Assembly (NCBI RefSeq): GCF_000143415.4
Contig: NW_003314293.1
Coordinates: 527,763-591,762, forward strand
Origin: Selaginella moellendorffii
Taxonomy: Eukaryota > Plantae > Lycopodiophyta
Length of the DNA stretch: 64,000 nucleotides
Direction of reading: 5' to 3'
Below, one piece after another: positions 25,778-37,039 of the stretch (its first letter is position 1; the number at the start of each line of letters is the position of its first letter). The notes below the pieces were generated by a model. It saw only the letters and a program-made list of their open reading frames with translations, was not told the DNA's origin and made no database searches. The position numbers were made by a program, and so were the translations under genes.

Positions 25778-26360
25778 ATGATTTACGCGATCCTTCTCTC
25801 GTGTGCCATCATCTCCTCGTTCGCGACGATTTCTCAGGTACCACTTTCCCTCTCTTAACGTCCAAGTTCTCGAATCGTCTCTTTTCCAGGCATGCTCGAA
25901 GAAGACCATCATCTTCTACGGACAAAACGTACGCTACCCAGCAAACTCGTCCCAAACCTCCGGGCAGCAAACAGTGGGAGGAGGATGCCTCGACCTCCCT
26001 CCTTACAACCCCGGCTACGCCTCGCTTCTCAGGCAAAAGCTCACGCTTGGGCCCGAGTATAACTCCCCCCAAGTTGGAATGGACTACGGCGGCTACGTTG
26101 CGAGCGGAGCCAGCGTCGCGTTTGGAACCGGCCAGTTTGTTCTCGACAACCATCCTTTGTTCGTGGGGACTCTTGCCTACAAGAGGCGAAGGGACATCTC
26201 GGAGAAAACCATAGCTTTCTCCGTCCGGGTTTATGGCAACGAGAGCTTCCATGGATTTGGAAATGGTACCAGCGTCACTGTTGCTTCGTACTACTATGGT
26301 CTCAACCTTGTCTTTAGATTTGTGATAGATATCTTTAGAAGCGAGTCGTGCATCCTCTAA
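25778..26360 (+). CDS. Secreted protein, probably a divergent dirigent-like beta-barrel
   Basis: Exon 1 (25778-25837) is a signal peptide MIYAILLSCAIISSFATISQ, followed by intron 25838-25889 and an in-frame exon 2. 'LTLGPEYNSPQVG..YG.Y' resembles the dirigent 'LT.GP..NS..VGRAQG.Y' motif, and the C-terminus is strand-like (VFRFVIDIF). Confidence 0.6.
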
Positions 26361-26537
26361 ACAAAAATGCTTTGTTACCTCTCATTATGAACTTGAAGAA
26401 CTTACTTGGTGGAAAGCATAAAGTGTAAACGACTGATTTTTTATATGATCTTCGCTTTCTGTGTCACAACTTGAAATCTTGCAAAGAATATAAGCGTGAG
26501 CCATTGATGATTTTCAAATTTATTGGAGTCCCCTTTG

Positions 26538-26833
26538 TTCTTGAGTTTTGTTACCCAGAAACCTGGAAGAGTAAGTTAAGAAAATTTGGAAAGAGAGACA
26601 ATTAAAACTTGTACCTATCAGCATTTTCTTGCTCAATCCTTGTCTCGTTTTCTGTTCTCTCTCCTTCAAACGAGCCGTGATATTTGTTCTTGAGTTTTGT
26701 TTCCCAAAATCCTGCAAGACTAAGTTTAAAAAAAATCTGGAAAGCCTTCCTGTTCGTCTTGTCAGGAAGGATTTTCTTGCTCGATCCTTGTCCCTTTTCG
26801 TGTTCTTTCTCCTTCAAACGAGCCGTGATATTT
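26538..26833. repeat. Imperfect tandem duplication (~149-bp unit x2)
   Basis: 'ttcttgagttttgtt.ccca..' through 'ctccttcaaacgagccgtgatattt' occurs twice. Confidence 0.8.
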
Positions 26834-27132
26834 TTCGCTTTCTCATCCCAGAGCCTGCAAATGCGTTTCTGTCAATCCAAAACCTTCCAAGAAACAAATC
26901 AGTCCACTAAGTAGCACACACTTTGCGCACGAACTGACCAAAAAAACCTCACTCGACATAAAGCCTGTGACCACGAGAAAACTTTTAACTTACTTTCCAC
27001 GACGGACGTGTGAAGCTCCCGAAACAAGTACTCCCAACGCATGCCTATCAGTAACAAAAACATTCCTCACCTAAGAAATCCCAAGCGCCATTTAAGTCTC
27101 CAAAATCCACGTACCTGGTCTGTGGGAAAGCA

Positions 27133-29708
27133 ATGGAGCACAGCTCGTACCAGCTCTTCTTTCTCGCAACCGGTTTCTTCCTCATGCTCGTCTCTGTCGA
27201 ATCCCAGTCCCAGTCCGAGAGCGCGACTTGCAAGGAGCAAGAGATGCTCCTCCTCCTCAACTTCAAGGCCGGCTTCACTGACAGCCAAAACATGCTGGTA
27301 CACTGGAATGAGAACAACACAAACTGCTGCAAATGGAATGGAATTACCTGCGATAGGTACGTACTTCCTTTTCCCAGTAGAAAAGATATAACCATCGTCT
27401 CACCACCTCGCGGTTCTCAAACAGCCACGGGAACGTTATTTCCATCGACTGGGGCTTCTCCAACTACAACATCGCGGCCAAGTCGAGAGCTCGCGTAAAT
27501 GTATTCGTGACGTACCTTCCACAGCTGGAGTACCTTCGTTATCTCGATCTCTCCACGGTCCAGCTCTCCATGGCCATTCCTCCGGAGATAGGCTCCATGA
27601 TGGGTCTCGAGGCTCTTTCGCTGGCGGGGAGCTCACTTATGGGACAGTTGCCGACGAACATCAGCAACCTCGTTAGCCTGCGGCATTTGGACCTGTCGAG
27701 CAATCCCCTCGGCATAAGAATCCCCACAAGCTTGTGTGACTTACAGAACCTTGAGCACCTCTCGCTCAATCACTCCCAGTTTCACGGCGCCGTTCCGCAG
27801 TGCTTCGGCACCGCAATGCCGAACCTGACGTTCCTGGATATGTCAGCAAACAATCTCTTAGGAGTGCCATCGTTTGCAAACTTGACGCAGCTGAAGTACC
27901 TGAACTTGAGCAGCAACATCTTCAGCAGCAAACTCCTGAGAAGTATCTGCGACGCCACCAGTCTCGAGCAGCTCGACTTGTCCAGGTCCATGAGCTTGAG
28001 TGCCACACTTCCAGACTGCTTCTTCGATCTCACCGCGCTCAAGTATCTGGACCTGTCAGGAAACATGCTCATGGGCTCAATATCGGACTCCATTGGAAAC
28101 TTCAAACGTCTCACTTACCTCAGTCTCGACGGGAATCAGTTCACCGGTGGAATACCGTATGGAATCAGCGACCTTTCCAGTCTCGTCATTCTTGACATGG
28201 TGGACATGTTTGACGAAAATGCAAGAACTTCCATCCCTTCGTTTCTTGGAGAGCTCACCAATCTTCGAGTTCTTCGGCTCAGTGGTCGTGCATGGCGAGG
28301 TGCCATTCCCAGCAGTAGCATCCAGAACCTCACCAGCCTGCAGGAGATGATAATCACGACCGCACCTTATATTAATGGGCCGCTTCCTTCCGAGCTTGCT
28401 GGTCTCACCACCTTACAGACGCTGATAATCACCGGTACAACTGTCTGGGGTAGCATTCCCTCCGAGCTCGGGAACCTTCCGCAGCTGCGAGTCCTCGACC
28501 TCTCAAGCAACATGCTGTCTGGTAGCATTCCTCGGAACCTTGGGAGACTTCAGACGCTTCGGGAGCTCCAACTGGCATCAAACAATCTTAGTGGAAGCAT
28601 TCCCTGGGAGCTTGGAAGTATTCGCAGAGCTTACCTTGTGAACCTGGCAAACAACTCCTTGTCCGGCCAGATTCCCGACTCGCTGGCAAACATCGCCCCA
28701 TCAGGAAGTGTTGATCTCTCCAACAATCTCTTCACGGGCAGATTCCCAACAGCTCTCTGCCGCCTGGAGAACGTGAAGCTTAGTAACAACAAGCTCGAAG
28801 TACTTGACGGATGGCCATCAATGACTGAAAGGCTCGAGGTGTTGGACATCTCCAACAACAATCTCAGCGGGCCGATACCAAGCTGGCTGTCTCAGCAAAG
28901 TGCCTTGGACACGCTGGATTTGTCGCAGAACAACCTCTCTGGAGACGTTCCATCCTGGATAAGCACAGCGACGCGGTTAACGTCACTTAATTTGTCACAC
29001 AACCAGCTTACCAACGAGCTCCAGTATCTGCCGATGATCAACAGCGTCGACTTGCATGCCAACCAGCTCAACGGGTCCTTCACTTTCGACTTCTATCCCG
29101 ACTCTCTCGAGCGTAGCTTTCTCTTCTATTTGGACTTGTCGGAGAATCAGCTATCTGGAGCCTTGCCCGCTAGCCTTCCAACGACGACGGGAAGTCACGA
29201 GGTATACTCGTATCTTTCCTTTCTGTCGCTCGCCAGCAACATTCTAACCGGAACTATTCCTTCCGCCTTGTGGTCGAACCTGTCGAGCCTCACTGCTGTA
29301 GACTTCTCCAACAATCACTTCTCCGGAGAAATCCCGACGGAGCTAGCAGGCCTGGTAGGACTGACGAGTCTCAACCTGTCTCGCAATGATCTCTCCGGAG
29401 AAATCCCAACGAGCATCTCCAACGGCAACGCACTCCAGCTGATTGATCTCAGCAGGAACACACTGGACGGGACGATCCCTCCGGAGATTGGTGACCTGTA
29501 TATGCTCGAGATGCTGGATCTCTCGTACAACCAGCTTTCCGGAAGCATCCCGACCGCACTGGACGACCTTCTCTCGCTCGCGGCTTTTAACGTGTCGGCC
29601 AACAATCTCACCGGAGCTATTCCTCAAGCCGGGGGCATCCACAAGTTCCCAGCTTCCAGCTTTGCCATGAATCCTGGCCTGTGTGGAACACCTCTGCCAC
29701 CCTGTTAG
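27133..29708 (+). CDS. Secreted extracellular LRR protein (signal peptide, LRRNT, plant-type LRRs, C-cap; no TM or kinase)
   Basis: Exons 27133-27356 and 27425-29708 in frame. NCCKWNGITC cap, LxxLDLSxNxLSGxIP repeats, ends NPGLCGTPLPPC*. Confidence 0.9.
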
Positions 29709-29847
29709 GCGTACTGGAAGTGTCGGTCGCCTACTAAAAGTTCCTCCATGTCATAAGGCGAGCATTCTTTACCTGCACGTAATCCACGCATCGTTTCAGA
29801 TTATATAAAGTTCCCCCACGTACCTGGTGTGTTCTTCACCGTAATAA

Positions 29848-31636
29848 ATGGCTGTGCCCAGGATGAAACGGACTCCAGGTTGCAACAAGATGCTTGGCCG
29901 ACTCATTCTCCTGCTCGCTCTTTCCACCACCGTGTCACAATCTTGCGACCCCGAGGATGCTCGAGCACTTATAAGTTTTAAGTCCGGTTTCGTCGACACT
30001 GCTGCCTCCCTGTTCTCGTGGAATAACGTCACTGACTGCTGCGGATGGAGCTGGATTACGTGCAACAGGTAACCTTCCAACTTTCTTTCTCTGTCCTTCT
30101 GAAGTCCCGTTTCTCGGTAGCGCTGGACGTGTCAACACCCTCAATTTAAGCTCTATAGCCATGTTCTTGAGCAACCAGCAAGGCCTGTCCGTCATCGCAA
30201 ACACCATACCGCAGCTCACGCAACTGGAATCCCTGGACCTGTCCAACCTCAACGTCTCCAGTCCGATTCCCCAAGCCTTGAGTTCCCTGCCCAACCTCAA
30301 GCTTCTCGCTATGAGCAACTGCAGCCTCTTCGGCCAAGTAGCAAGCTCTCTCTCCGAGCTTCCTCCCGGTCTGACGTACCTCGACATCTCGTACAACCTC
30401 TTCGACGATGGCGATCCGGAAAGCATCACCGCGCTCTGCAACCTCCGCAGCCTCGAGCACCTCTTCATGGCGGGACTCCCCGGCTTGATGCCCTTCATCC
30501 CGTCGTGCATATCCCAGTTGTCCAACCTCACCACGCTGGACTTCTCCTCCAATTCCCTCTCGCAGAGTTTCCCCCAGGAGCTGTCCACCCTCACGAAGAT
30601 CACACGCCTGGACCTCAGCAACAACTACTTCTGGGGAAGCCTCGAGCCGCTGTGCTCTTTGAGTGAAGTAACTTACGTCAACCTGGAGCTCGGCTTTGAT
30701 CCCACGAACAACACCACCACTGCTGCTAGTCTGCCCGACTGCATTGGAAACCTCTCCAAGCTCACGGAGCTCCGCCTCTCAAACTGTTATCTCGTCGGGG
30801 AGATCCCATCTTCAATCGGCCAGCTTTCACAGCTTCGCTACCTCGGCCTGGACGGCAACTCCTTCACGACCAGGATCCCGGACTCTCTCGGCAACCTCAC
30901 GAACTTGGAAACTCTTGTTCTCAACAGGGACTCCACCGGCGGCGGCTCCATCTACGGTGACATCCCGGACTCTCTCGGCAACCTCGTCAACCTCAAGGAC
31001 TTCGAGCTCTCCAGCGCTCAAGGCGTCACTGGACAGATCCCCGAGAGCTTCCAAAACTTTGAGAGCATCGAGACGCTCATCCTTAGCAACCTTGGCATCG
31101 GTGGCCGGATTCGCGAGAGCCTCTTCCAGAGATTCTCCAAGCTCGAGTTCCTGGACCTGTCCCAGAATTTTCTCATCGGCGCGATACCATCGTCGCTAGG
31201 CGCCATGGCTTCCCTCGAGGAGATCTATCTCTACAGCAACAACCTCAACGGCTCCATCCCCGACGCCATCGCCAATCTCACCCGCCTCGCGACGCTGGAT
31301 CTCTCCAGCAATCACCTCGATGGCCAAATCCCCGGCCCAGCGATCGCGCAGCTCACGGGGTTGCAAGTGATGGATCTCTCCGCGAACGATCTCACCGGAA
31401 ATATTCCATCGGAGCTCGCGGATCTCGGCCAGCTCGCGACGCTCGATCTGTCCTGGAACCAGCTCTCCGGAGTGATCCCGCCCGAAATCCACGATCTCTC
31501 ATCGCTGGAGTACTTCAGCGTCGCGAACAACAATCTCTCCGGCCCCATCCCGGCGGAGCTCGGGAGCTTCGATGCCTCGTCCTTCGAGGACAATGCTGGA
31601 CTGTGTGGATTCCCGCTAGATCCGTGCTCAAGCTAG
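29848..31636 (+). CDS. Second secreted extracellular LRR protein (paralog, fewer LRRs)
   Basis: Exons 29848-30068 and 30121-31636 with the same intron position and phase as its neighbour. DCCGWSWITC cap, ends NAGLCGFPLDPCSS*. TATA box at ~29802. Confidence 0.9.
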
Positions 31637-32095
31637 AGATGATCCCGGCCAGAGATGGAGAATAACCAGCATAGCATCGGCGCTTACCGCTCGCTCAGCG
31701 CTTCTTTCTTCCAAGAACCCTAGAAATAGAAACGGGCAAATACATCATCAATCCTTGTCCGCCGCCTAAAACATTTTTGCTCTGCGACTCCTCCATAATC
31801 TTTGATGCATACATTTCGTGGATGAAGGCATAGCGTGCGATCTATCGCCCTAAAGCCTCTGCCTTCGTACTAGCATTGGAGAATCGGGCGCATTATAGTG
31901 ATGCTATATTTCAAAAGAGGAGCTTAAGAACAACCACAAGATGATCCATCACTTCTGGAGCATGGAGTATGGAGGTTATAGTTTGAAGATTGCATGGAGC
32001 ATGGAGTAGGACATCGAAGGCCAAGATCAGGAAGACATGGACGACATCATGACAATGGCAATCTTCTAGGATTTTAAAATCTTTTGGTCTCGTTC

Positions 32096-32186
32096 TTTAT
32101 AGTGAACACTCCAAGACCGTAAACAGTATATGAGCTTTATATATGAGCTTTATAGTGAACACTCCAAGACCATAAACAGTATATGA
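32096..32186. repeat. Short direct repeat (~38 bp x2)
   Basis: tttatagtgaacactccaagacc.taaacagtatatga occurs twice. Confidence 0.85.
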
Positions 32187-32861
32187 ATGAATGAATATAG
32201 TGCTTACAATGGTTTGATTCAAGTATGTTCTGAAACTTGATGGATGTCTGTCTCTAATAAATATGATAATCTTTCTTTTATAGTGGTTTAGACAAAACTC
32301 AACCAGCCAGATGATGGTAATGGCAACACATTGTACATTATGATGGTGATGGCTTCACTGAAGCCAAAGAATTAACTTAGAAAAGACTTGCATAATTCAA
32401 CATTACCATGGTCCACTCACTTTCTCACTTTCTCACTTTCTGCTCAAAAGATCTTTGCAACTCAAAATATCTGTAGCATACATGGCAAACTGCTGCTGAA
32501 AAACCTGTATTAACTATTACGACTGTACCATTATTGTCATCACCACCCATGTAGGAATCAAAAGACTGCAACCTTCTCACGGGCAGTCCTAGTGGTTGCG
32601 TAGAGCTCATTCCTAACAGGTGTGTTGAGAAACTTCTAGAGATGCCTTCGACGTGGAGCAGCCTCGGCCTCCAAGAAGCATTTGAAATACAAGAGCCACC
32701 CTGAAGTCATTCCTCAGGGTTTGTTTGTGATATCTTCATTGAAACCTCAGGCAGCTGCTTGCTTGCTTTATTGCTTGGCTCACATTCATCTCCCTGTTTA
32801 CTGTTCACTCTCGGCTAGAGAAATTTCTTCGGCAGTGTGTAGATTTGATATAAGCGCAACG

Positions 32862-33746
32862 ATGGCATCTGCGCTTCTCTCGTCATCGTCTTCGTCTGCA
32901 GTCGTGTTGAAGCAGCAGCATCTGGTTCTGTCCAGGCATGGATCCAGTTCCATTGTCTCGTACAGTAGGATTCACCCTCTTGTGTGCAGAGCAACCAAGG
33001 TAAGACCAAAGGAGTCTTTGAGCACTTGTTCTAAACATCAGCCTGGCCTTTTGCTTTTGTTTTTCGCAGGAAGGAGATTCAGATCAGGCAGCAGCAACAT
33101 CACCAGTTGAGAAGAAGGTTGAAGCAGCAAGTCCTGTGACTCCAATCCAGACTCCTCCTCAGCCGAAGAAGCCTGAGGTATTACATCTGCTTCTCTAGAA
33201 CGGCCATTGCTTAGAATCCTTCTTCATGGTTGTCTTTTGTCTTTTGTTGGTTGTCCCGCATTTTGTTCTCATTCTACTCCGACTCTCAGGTTTGCAGGCT
33301 CCAGATCCATAAATCATTTCCCTCTTCATTTCTATAGATTCATCTGCTTTGCCCTTCAGATCTCAAAGCTAAGATTCCTTGTTGGTTTTGTCTTTCAGAC
33401 AAGCTTCTTGGACCTGTTTGCGTTCTCTGGACCAGTGCCTGAGGCAGTAAATGGAAGACTGGCCATGCTCGGGTTCACCGCCGCCCTCGGTGTTGAGCTT
33501 GCTTCCGGGAGGGGCTTGCTTGGCCAACTCGACAATGGTGGAAGCAGCTATTTCGTTGGAGCAGCCTTGCTCTTCACGCTGGCTTCGTTGGTGCCCCTCT
33601 TCCAAGGAGTGAGTATCGAGAAAGCTTCTGGTGGCATTGGAGGAGTCTTCACTTCCAAAGCTGAGAGATGGAACGGTAGAGCGGCCATGCTTGGACTTGT
33701 GGCCTTGGGCATCACGGAGTTTGTCAAAGGAAGCCCCCTTATATAA
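32862..33746 (+). CDS. ELIP: Early light-induced protein (LHC superfamily), chloroplast
   Basis: Exons 32862-32999, 33070-33177 and 33399-33746. Transit peptide; F.DLFAFSGP.PE.VNGRLAMLGF and AERWNGRAAMLGL chlorophyll-binding helices. Confidence 0.95.
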
Positions 33747-34002
33747 GAAACCTCTTCGCTATGTAGATGAGATGAGCTCTCACAGATATCACATGATTAA
33801 ATGAGAGGAAATTTTATTCAAGACCTGGCTTCTGTATAAAGTATGGATCAACCAAGTCTGCCAGTCTACCAAATCAAATCAAGGAATACTTCAACACAGT
33901 CCATATTCCTTGCTGCTCGAGCTAGTCTTGTGAACTTTTTCAGTGCTATGGAAGTCCACGATGGCGTACCTATGAATCAATATGGACCACGAACCACAAG
34001 TG

Positions 34003-34123
34003 AAGCAAATCCACCGTGAACATAACAACCATAAACTGGTGAGTCGTCGTGGAGCGATACGAGGATGGGAAGCTCTACTTGGAGATGGAGAAGTGTGAAA
34101 ACTCCTCCTCAAGTCTAAAATTT
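34003..34123 (+). pseudogene. Small third remnant of the gene A 3' end, inverted orientation
   Basis: 'agcaaatcca.cgtgaaca..gtggagcgatacga.gatgggaagct...ggagat.gagaag..aaaactcctc.tc.agtcta.aat' matches the reverse complement of ~2118-2305, with deletions. Confidence 0.6.
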
Positions 34124-34501
34124 CACACATGCATAGTTATGCCTCAATAGAGTTATAGTTGCAGGTGGAGACCTTGCGATCTTTAATGATGAATTGAACA
34201 CCTTCTTTGTTCTTGAACGTCTGAAAGCCCACCTGTAGTGTGGATGATATAATACATCCTCTCATATTTGAGATTGAACACTTATCCTAGAGCAGCATTG
34301 AGGTTGGGGCTGGCACAAACGCGTTAATTACAACCTGCTTAAAGCATTCATGTCCCAAAATATGAACAAGATCGGTTGATCATCAAAAGCTCCACTCGGC
34401 ACAGCAGCCTTCAGATCGCCGCCTTAATCCCATGCCAAAGCCGAACCCATGCCTGCTTACTATGCACTTTAATCACTAAATAGTAAGCTTGGAAATGGGA
34501 A

Positions 34502-36544
34502 ATGGAGAGAGCGCAATCCCTGGATCTCATCGATACTTGCACCTCTTTGCCTGCTGCCAGAAGAATCCAAGCTCGCATTCTAACCTCCTTCCCGGGCGAT
34601 GTCTTCATCCACAACAGGCTGATCGAAATGTACACAAAATTGGGGAGCCTGGACGATGCGACAAAGACTTTCGAGGAATCGCAACGCAAGAATCTATTCT
34701 CTTTCGTGCTCATGCTCTCTGCTTATGCGCGCGCCGGACAGCTCAATCGCGCTAAATCCCTCTTTGATGCCATGCCGGCGTGGAATCTAGTCGCATGGAA
34801 TGCGATGCTAACTGCATATACCCGTTCTGGGCATCTGGCGTGTGCTAGGTCTGTATTTTCAAATATGCCGGATAAAAGTATTATTTCTTGGAACACTATG
34901 TTAGCACTGTACTCACTGACCGGGGAAATCGACGTTGCCACCGAGACCTTTCTACAAATGCCTTTGAGAGACTTTATCTCGTGGACAACGATGCTTTCTG
35001 CATATACCAAAACTGGGTATTTTGAAGAAGCGGAAATTCTGCTGGACGAGATGCCACAGCATTCTTTTAACTTGTGGGTATCTGTCCTTTCTTCTTATGC
35101 TAAACACAAATTAATTAAAAAAGCGAAGAATGTTTTTTCAAGAATGCCGTATAGAAATCTTATTGCTTGTAATGTAATGATCCTTGCATATGCCCAAAAC
35201 GGGGATTTTGATGAAGCTTTTAGTTTTGTAGAAAGTTGCATGCCTGAGAGGGATTTGGTGACATGGACGTCCTTGCTTGCAGCATTGGCACAATACGGTC
35301 ATGTGGAAGATGCCAAGCGTGTGTTTGATTCGTTCCCAGGACAAGATTCCATCTCGTGGACCGCAATGCTGACGGCATATGCCCAGAACGGGTATCTCGA
35401 AGATGCGAAGCGAATGTTTCGTGACATGCCTGAACTGAATCTCGTGTCGTGCAACTCTATGATGGTGGCTTTTGCTAAAAATGGGGAAATTGACTCTGCA
35501 AAAGATGTTTTTGATAGCATGCCAAAACATGATGTCATCTCTTGGACGTCTATGATGGTTGCTTATACGCAGAATGGTTTCTTAGAAGAGGCGAGAGAAA
35601 CATTTGATCGCATTCCTGTGAAGAACTTAGTTTCTTACAATGCCATCCTCTCTGCATATGCCCAATCAGGGAATATCCAAGATGCTAGAAGAATCTACGC
35701 TGTAATGCCTCAACACACAGTCACGTCCTGGACGTCTATGCTCACCGCATTTGCTCAAAATGGTCTTTTGGAAGAAGCAAAGCATGTTTATGACCAAATG
35801 GGCCAAAGGGATCTCATTGCAATGGCTTCAATGCTCTCGGCATATGCTCAAAATGGACACATTGTCGAAGCCAAGAGATTCTATGAGAGCTTTCCAGAAT
35901 GGAACATGGTATCAACTAACACGATGCTTTCGGCATATGCCCAGCATGGCTATCTAGATCAAGCACTCGTTGTCTTTGACAATATGCCCCAGAGAGACGA
36001 AGCTACTTGGAATGCAATCCTGGCAAGTTATACTCAGAACGGACATCTTTCAGATGCCAAGAGAATCTTTCACTCCATGCCCAGCCGCAATATCATCTCG
36101 TGGAATACCATTCTAGCTGGTTTTGTGGAAAGTGGACAACCAGCAATGGTAAAGAAGCTTTTCAATGAGATGCAATCGACAATCCTTCCGGACGAGGCTT
36201 GCTTTGCCATGGTCCTCATTGCCAGCAGCCAAGATGGCAAAGTTAACCAGGGGATCCAAAACTTTAGAAGCATGGTTTTCGACTATGGAATCCAACCTTC
36301 GAAGCAGCACTATTGCTGCATGGTTGATATCCTTTCAAGAGCTCGGCATTTGGATGTGGCAATGGAGCTAATTGAGAGCATGCCTTTTGTTGCTGATGGA
36401 GTGGATTGGATGTGCTTTCTTTCAGCTTGCGGGCGTCAAGCGCATGGTCATGCTGGCTTGAGTGTGGCAAGGCATGCAATTGAGAAAGACGAGAAAAAAG
36501 CAGCGTTTTACGTGTCAGTGGCAAACATCTACTCAGAGCTTTGA
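34502..36544 (+). CDS. PLS-class pentatricopeptide-repeat protein with E-like C-terminus, no DYW
   Basis: 680-aa intronless ORF of ~31-aa repeats (SWTAMLTAYAQNG.LE.A..FD.MP), then HYCCMVDILSRARHL..A.ELIESMP. Confidence 0.93.
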   Translation: MERAQSLDLIDTCTSLPAARRIQARILTSFPGDVFIHNRLIEMYTKLGSLDDATKTFEESQRKNLFSFVLMLSAYARAGQLNRAKSLFDAMPAWNLVAWNAMLTAYTRSGHLACARSVFSNMPDKSIISWNTMLALYSLTGEIDVATETFLQMPLRDFISWTTMLSAYTKTGYFEEAEILLDEMPQHSFNLWVSVLSSYAKHKLIKKAKNVFSRMPYRNLIACNVMILAYAQNGDFDEAFSFVESCMPERDLVTWTSLLAALAQYGHVEDAKRVFDSFPGQDSISWTAMLTAYAQNGYLEDAKRMFRDMPELNLVSCNSMMVAFAKNGEIDSAKDVFDSMPKHDVISWTSMMVAYTQNGFLEEARETFDRIPVKNLVSYNAILSAYAQSGNIQDARRIYAVMPQHTVTSWTSMLTAFAQNGLLEEAKHVYDQMGQRDLIAMASMLSAYAQNGHIVEAKRFYESFPEWNMVSTNTMLSAYAQHGYLDQALVVFDNMPQRDEATWNAILASYTQNGHLSDAKRIFHSMPSRNIISWNTILAGFVESGQPAMVKKLFNEMQSTILPDEACFAMVLIASSQDGKVNQGIQNFRSMVFDYGIQPSKQHYCCMVDILSRARHLDVAMELIESMPFVADGVDWMCFLSACGRQAHGHAGLSVARHAIEKDEKKAAFYVSVANIYSEL

Positions 36545-36950
36545 CGTTAATGAAGGATCGCAAGGGAGAAATATACTCGCTGAGAGAAGTCTCTGAACCG
36601 CTTTGTTTGTTGTGATCGATTTCATGCAGGGCTTGAAGCTGGAGCAGGAGATGCTGGATCACCCGTTGCTTCAAAAGGCTGAGTATGATTGTCAACGACT
36701 TGTTCTCCTTCAAAAAAGAATGGGTCTCCGTTCCTGGCGTGGCTTAAACTTGAGGATCAACCATGCAATCGGAAAGGCGATAAGCATGATCCAGGAGCTA
36801 AAAGAGGAGTTTAAGCATAAAAAGGGGGAGATACTGTCGTCCGAAGAAGGCCTCAGAGGCACGAATGGTGTTATGGAGTACCTGGCGGGAATAGAGGCAT
36901 TCATGACTGGAAACGTAGAAATGGTCGTGGCAGCACGGCGCCACCGATAA
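36545..36950 (+). pseudogene. C-terminal relic of a microbial-type (MTPSL) class I terpene synthase
   Basis: VIDFMQGLKLEQEMLDHPLL, then a shifted frame giving IVNDLFSFKKE (NSE/DTE triad, 36694-36720), then YLAGIEAFMTGNVE/WS...RH (degenerate WxxxxxRY). No DDxxD half is present. Confidence 0.7.
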
Positions 36951-37039
36951 AGTCCGCCAACTTTTCCCTTGAATAATTGAGCGTGATATCGTGCCTGCTC
37001 TGAAAATGAACTCCCACAAAGCCATGAACATGAAATCTC

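Noticed and set aside
27539-31593. Antisense ORFs across the LRR genes (and similarly the PPR and CR genes)
   Set aside because: Shadow ORFs arising from codon bias of the sense-strand genes.
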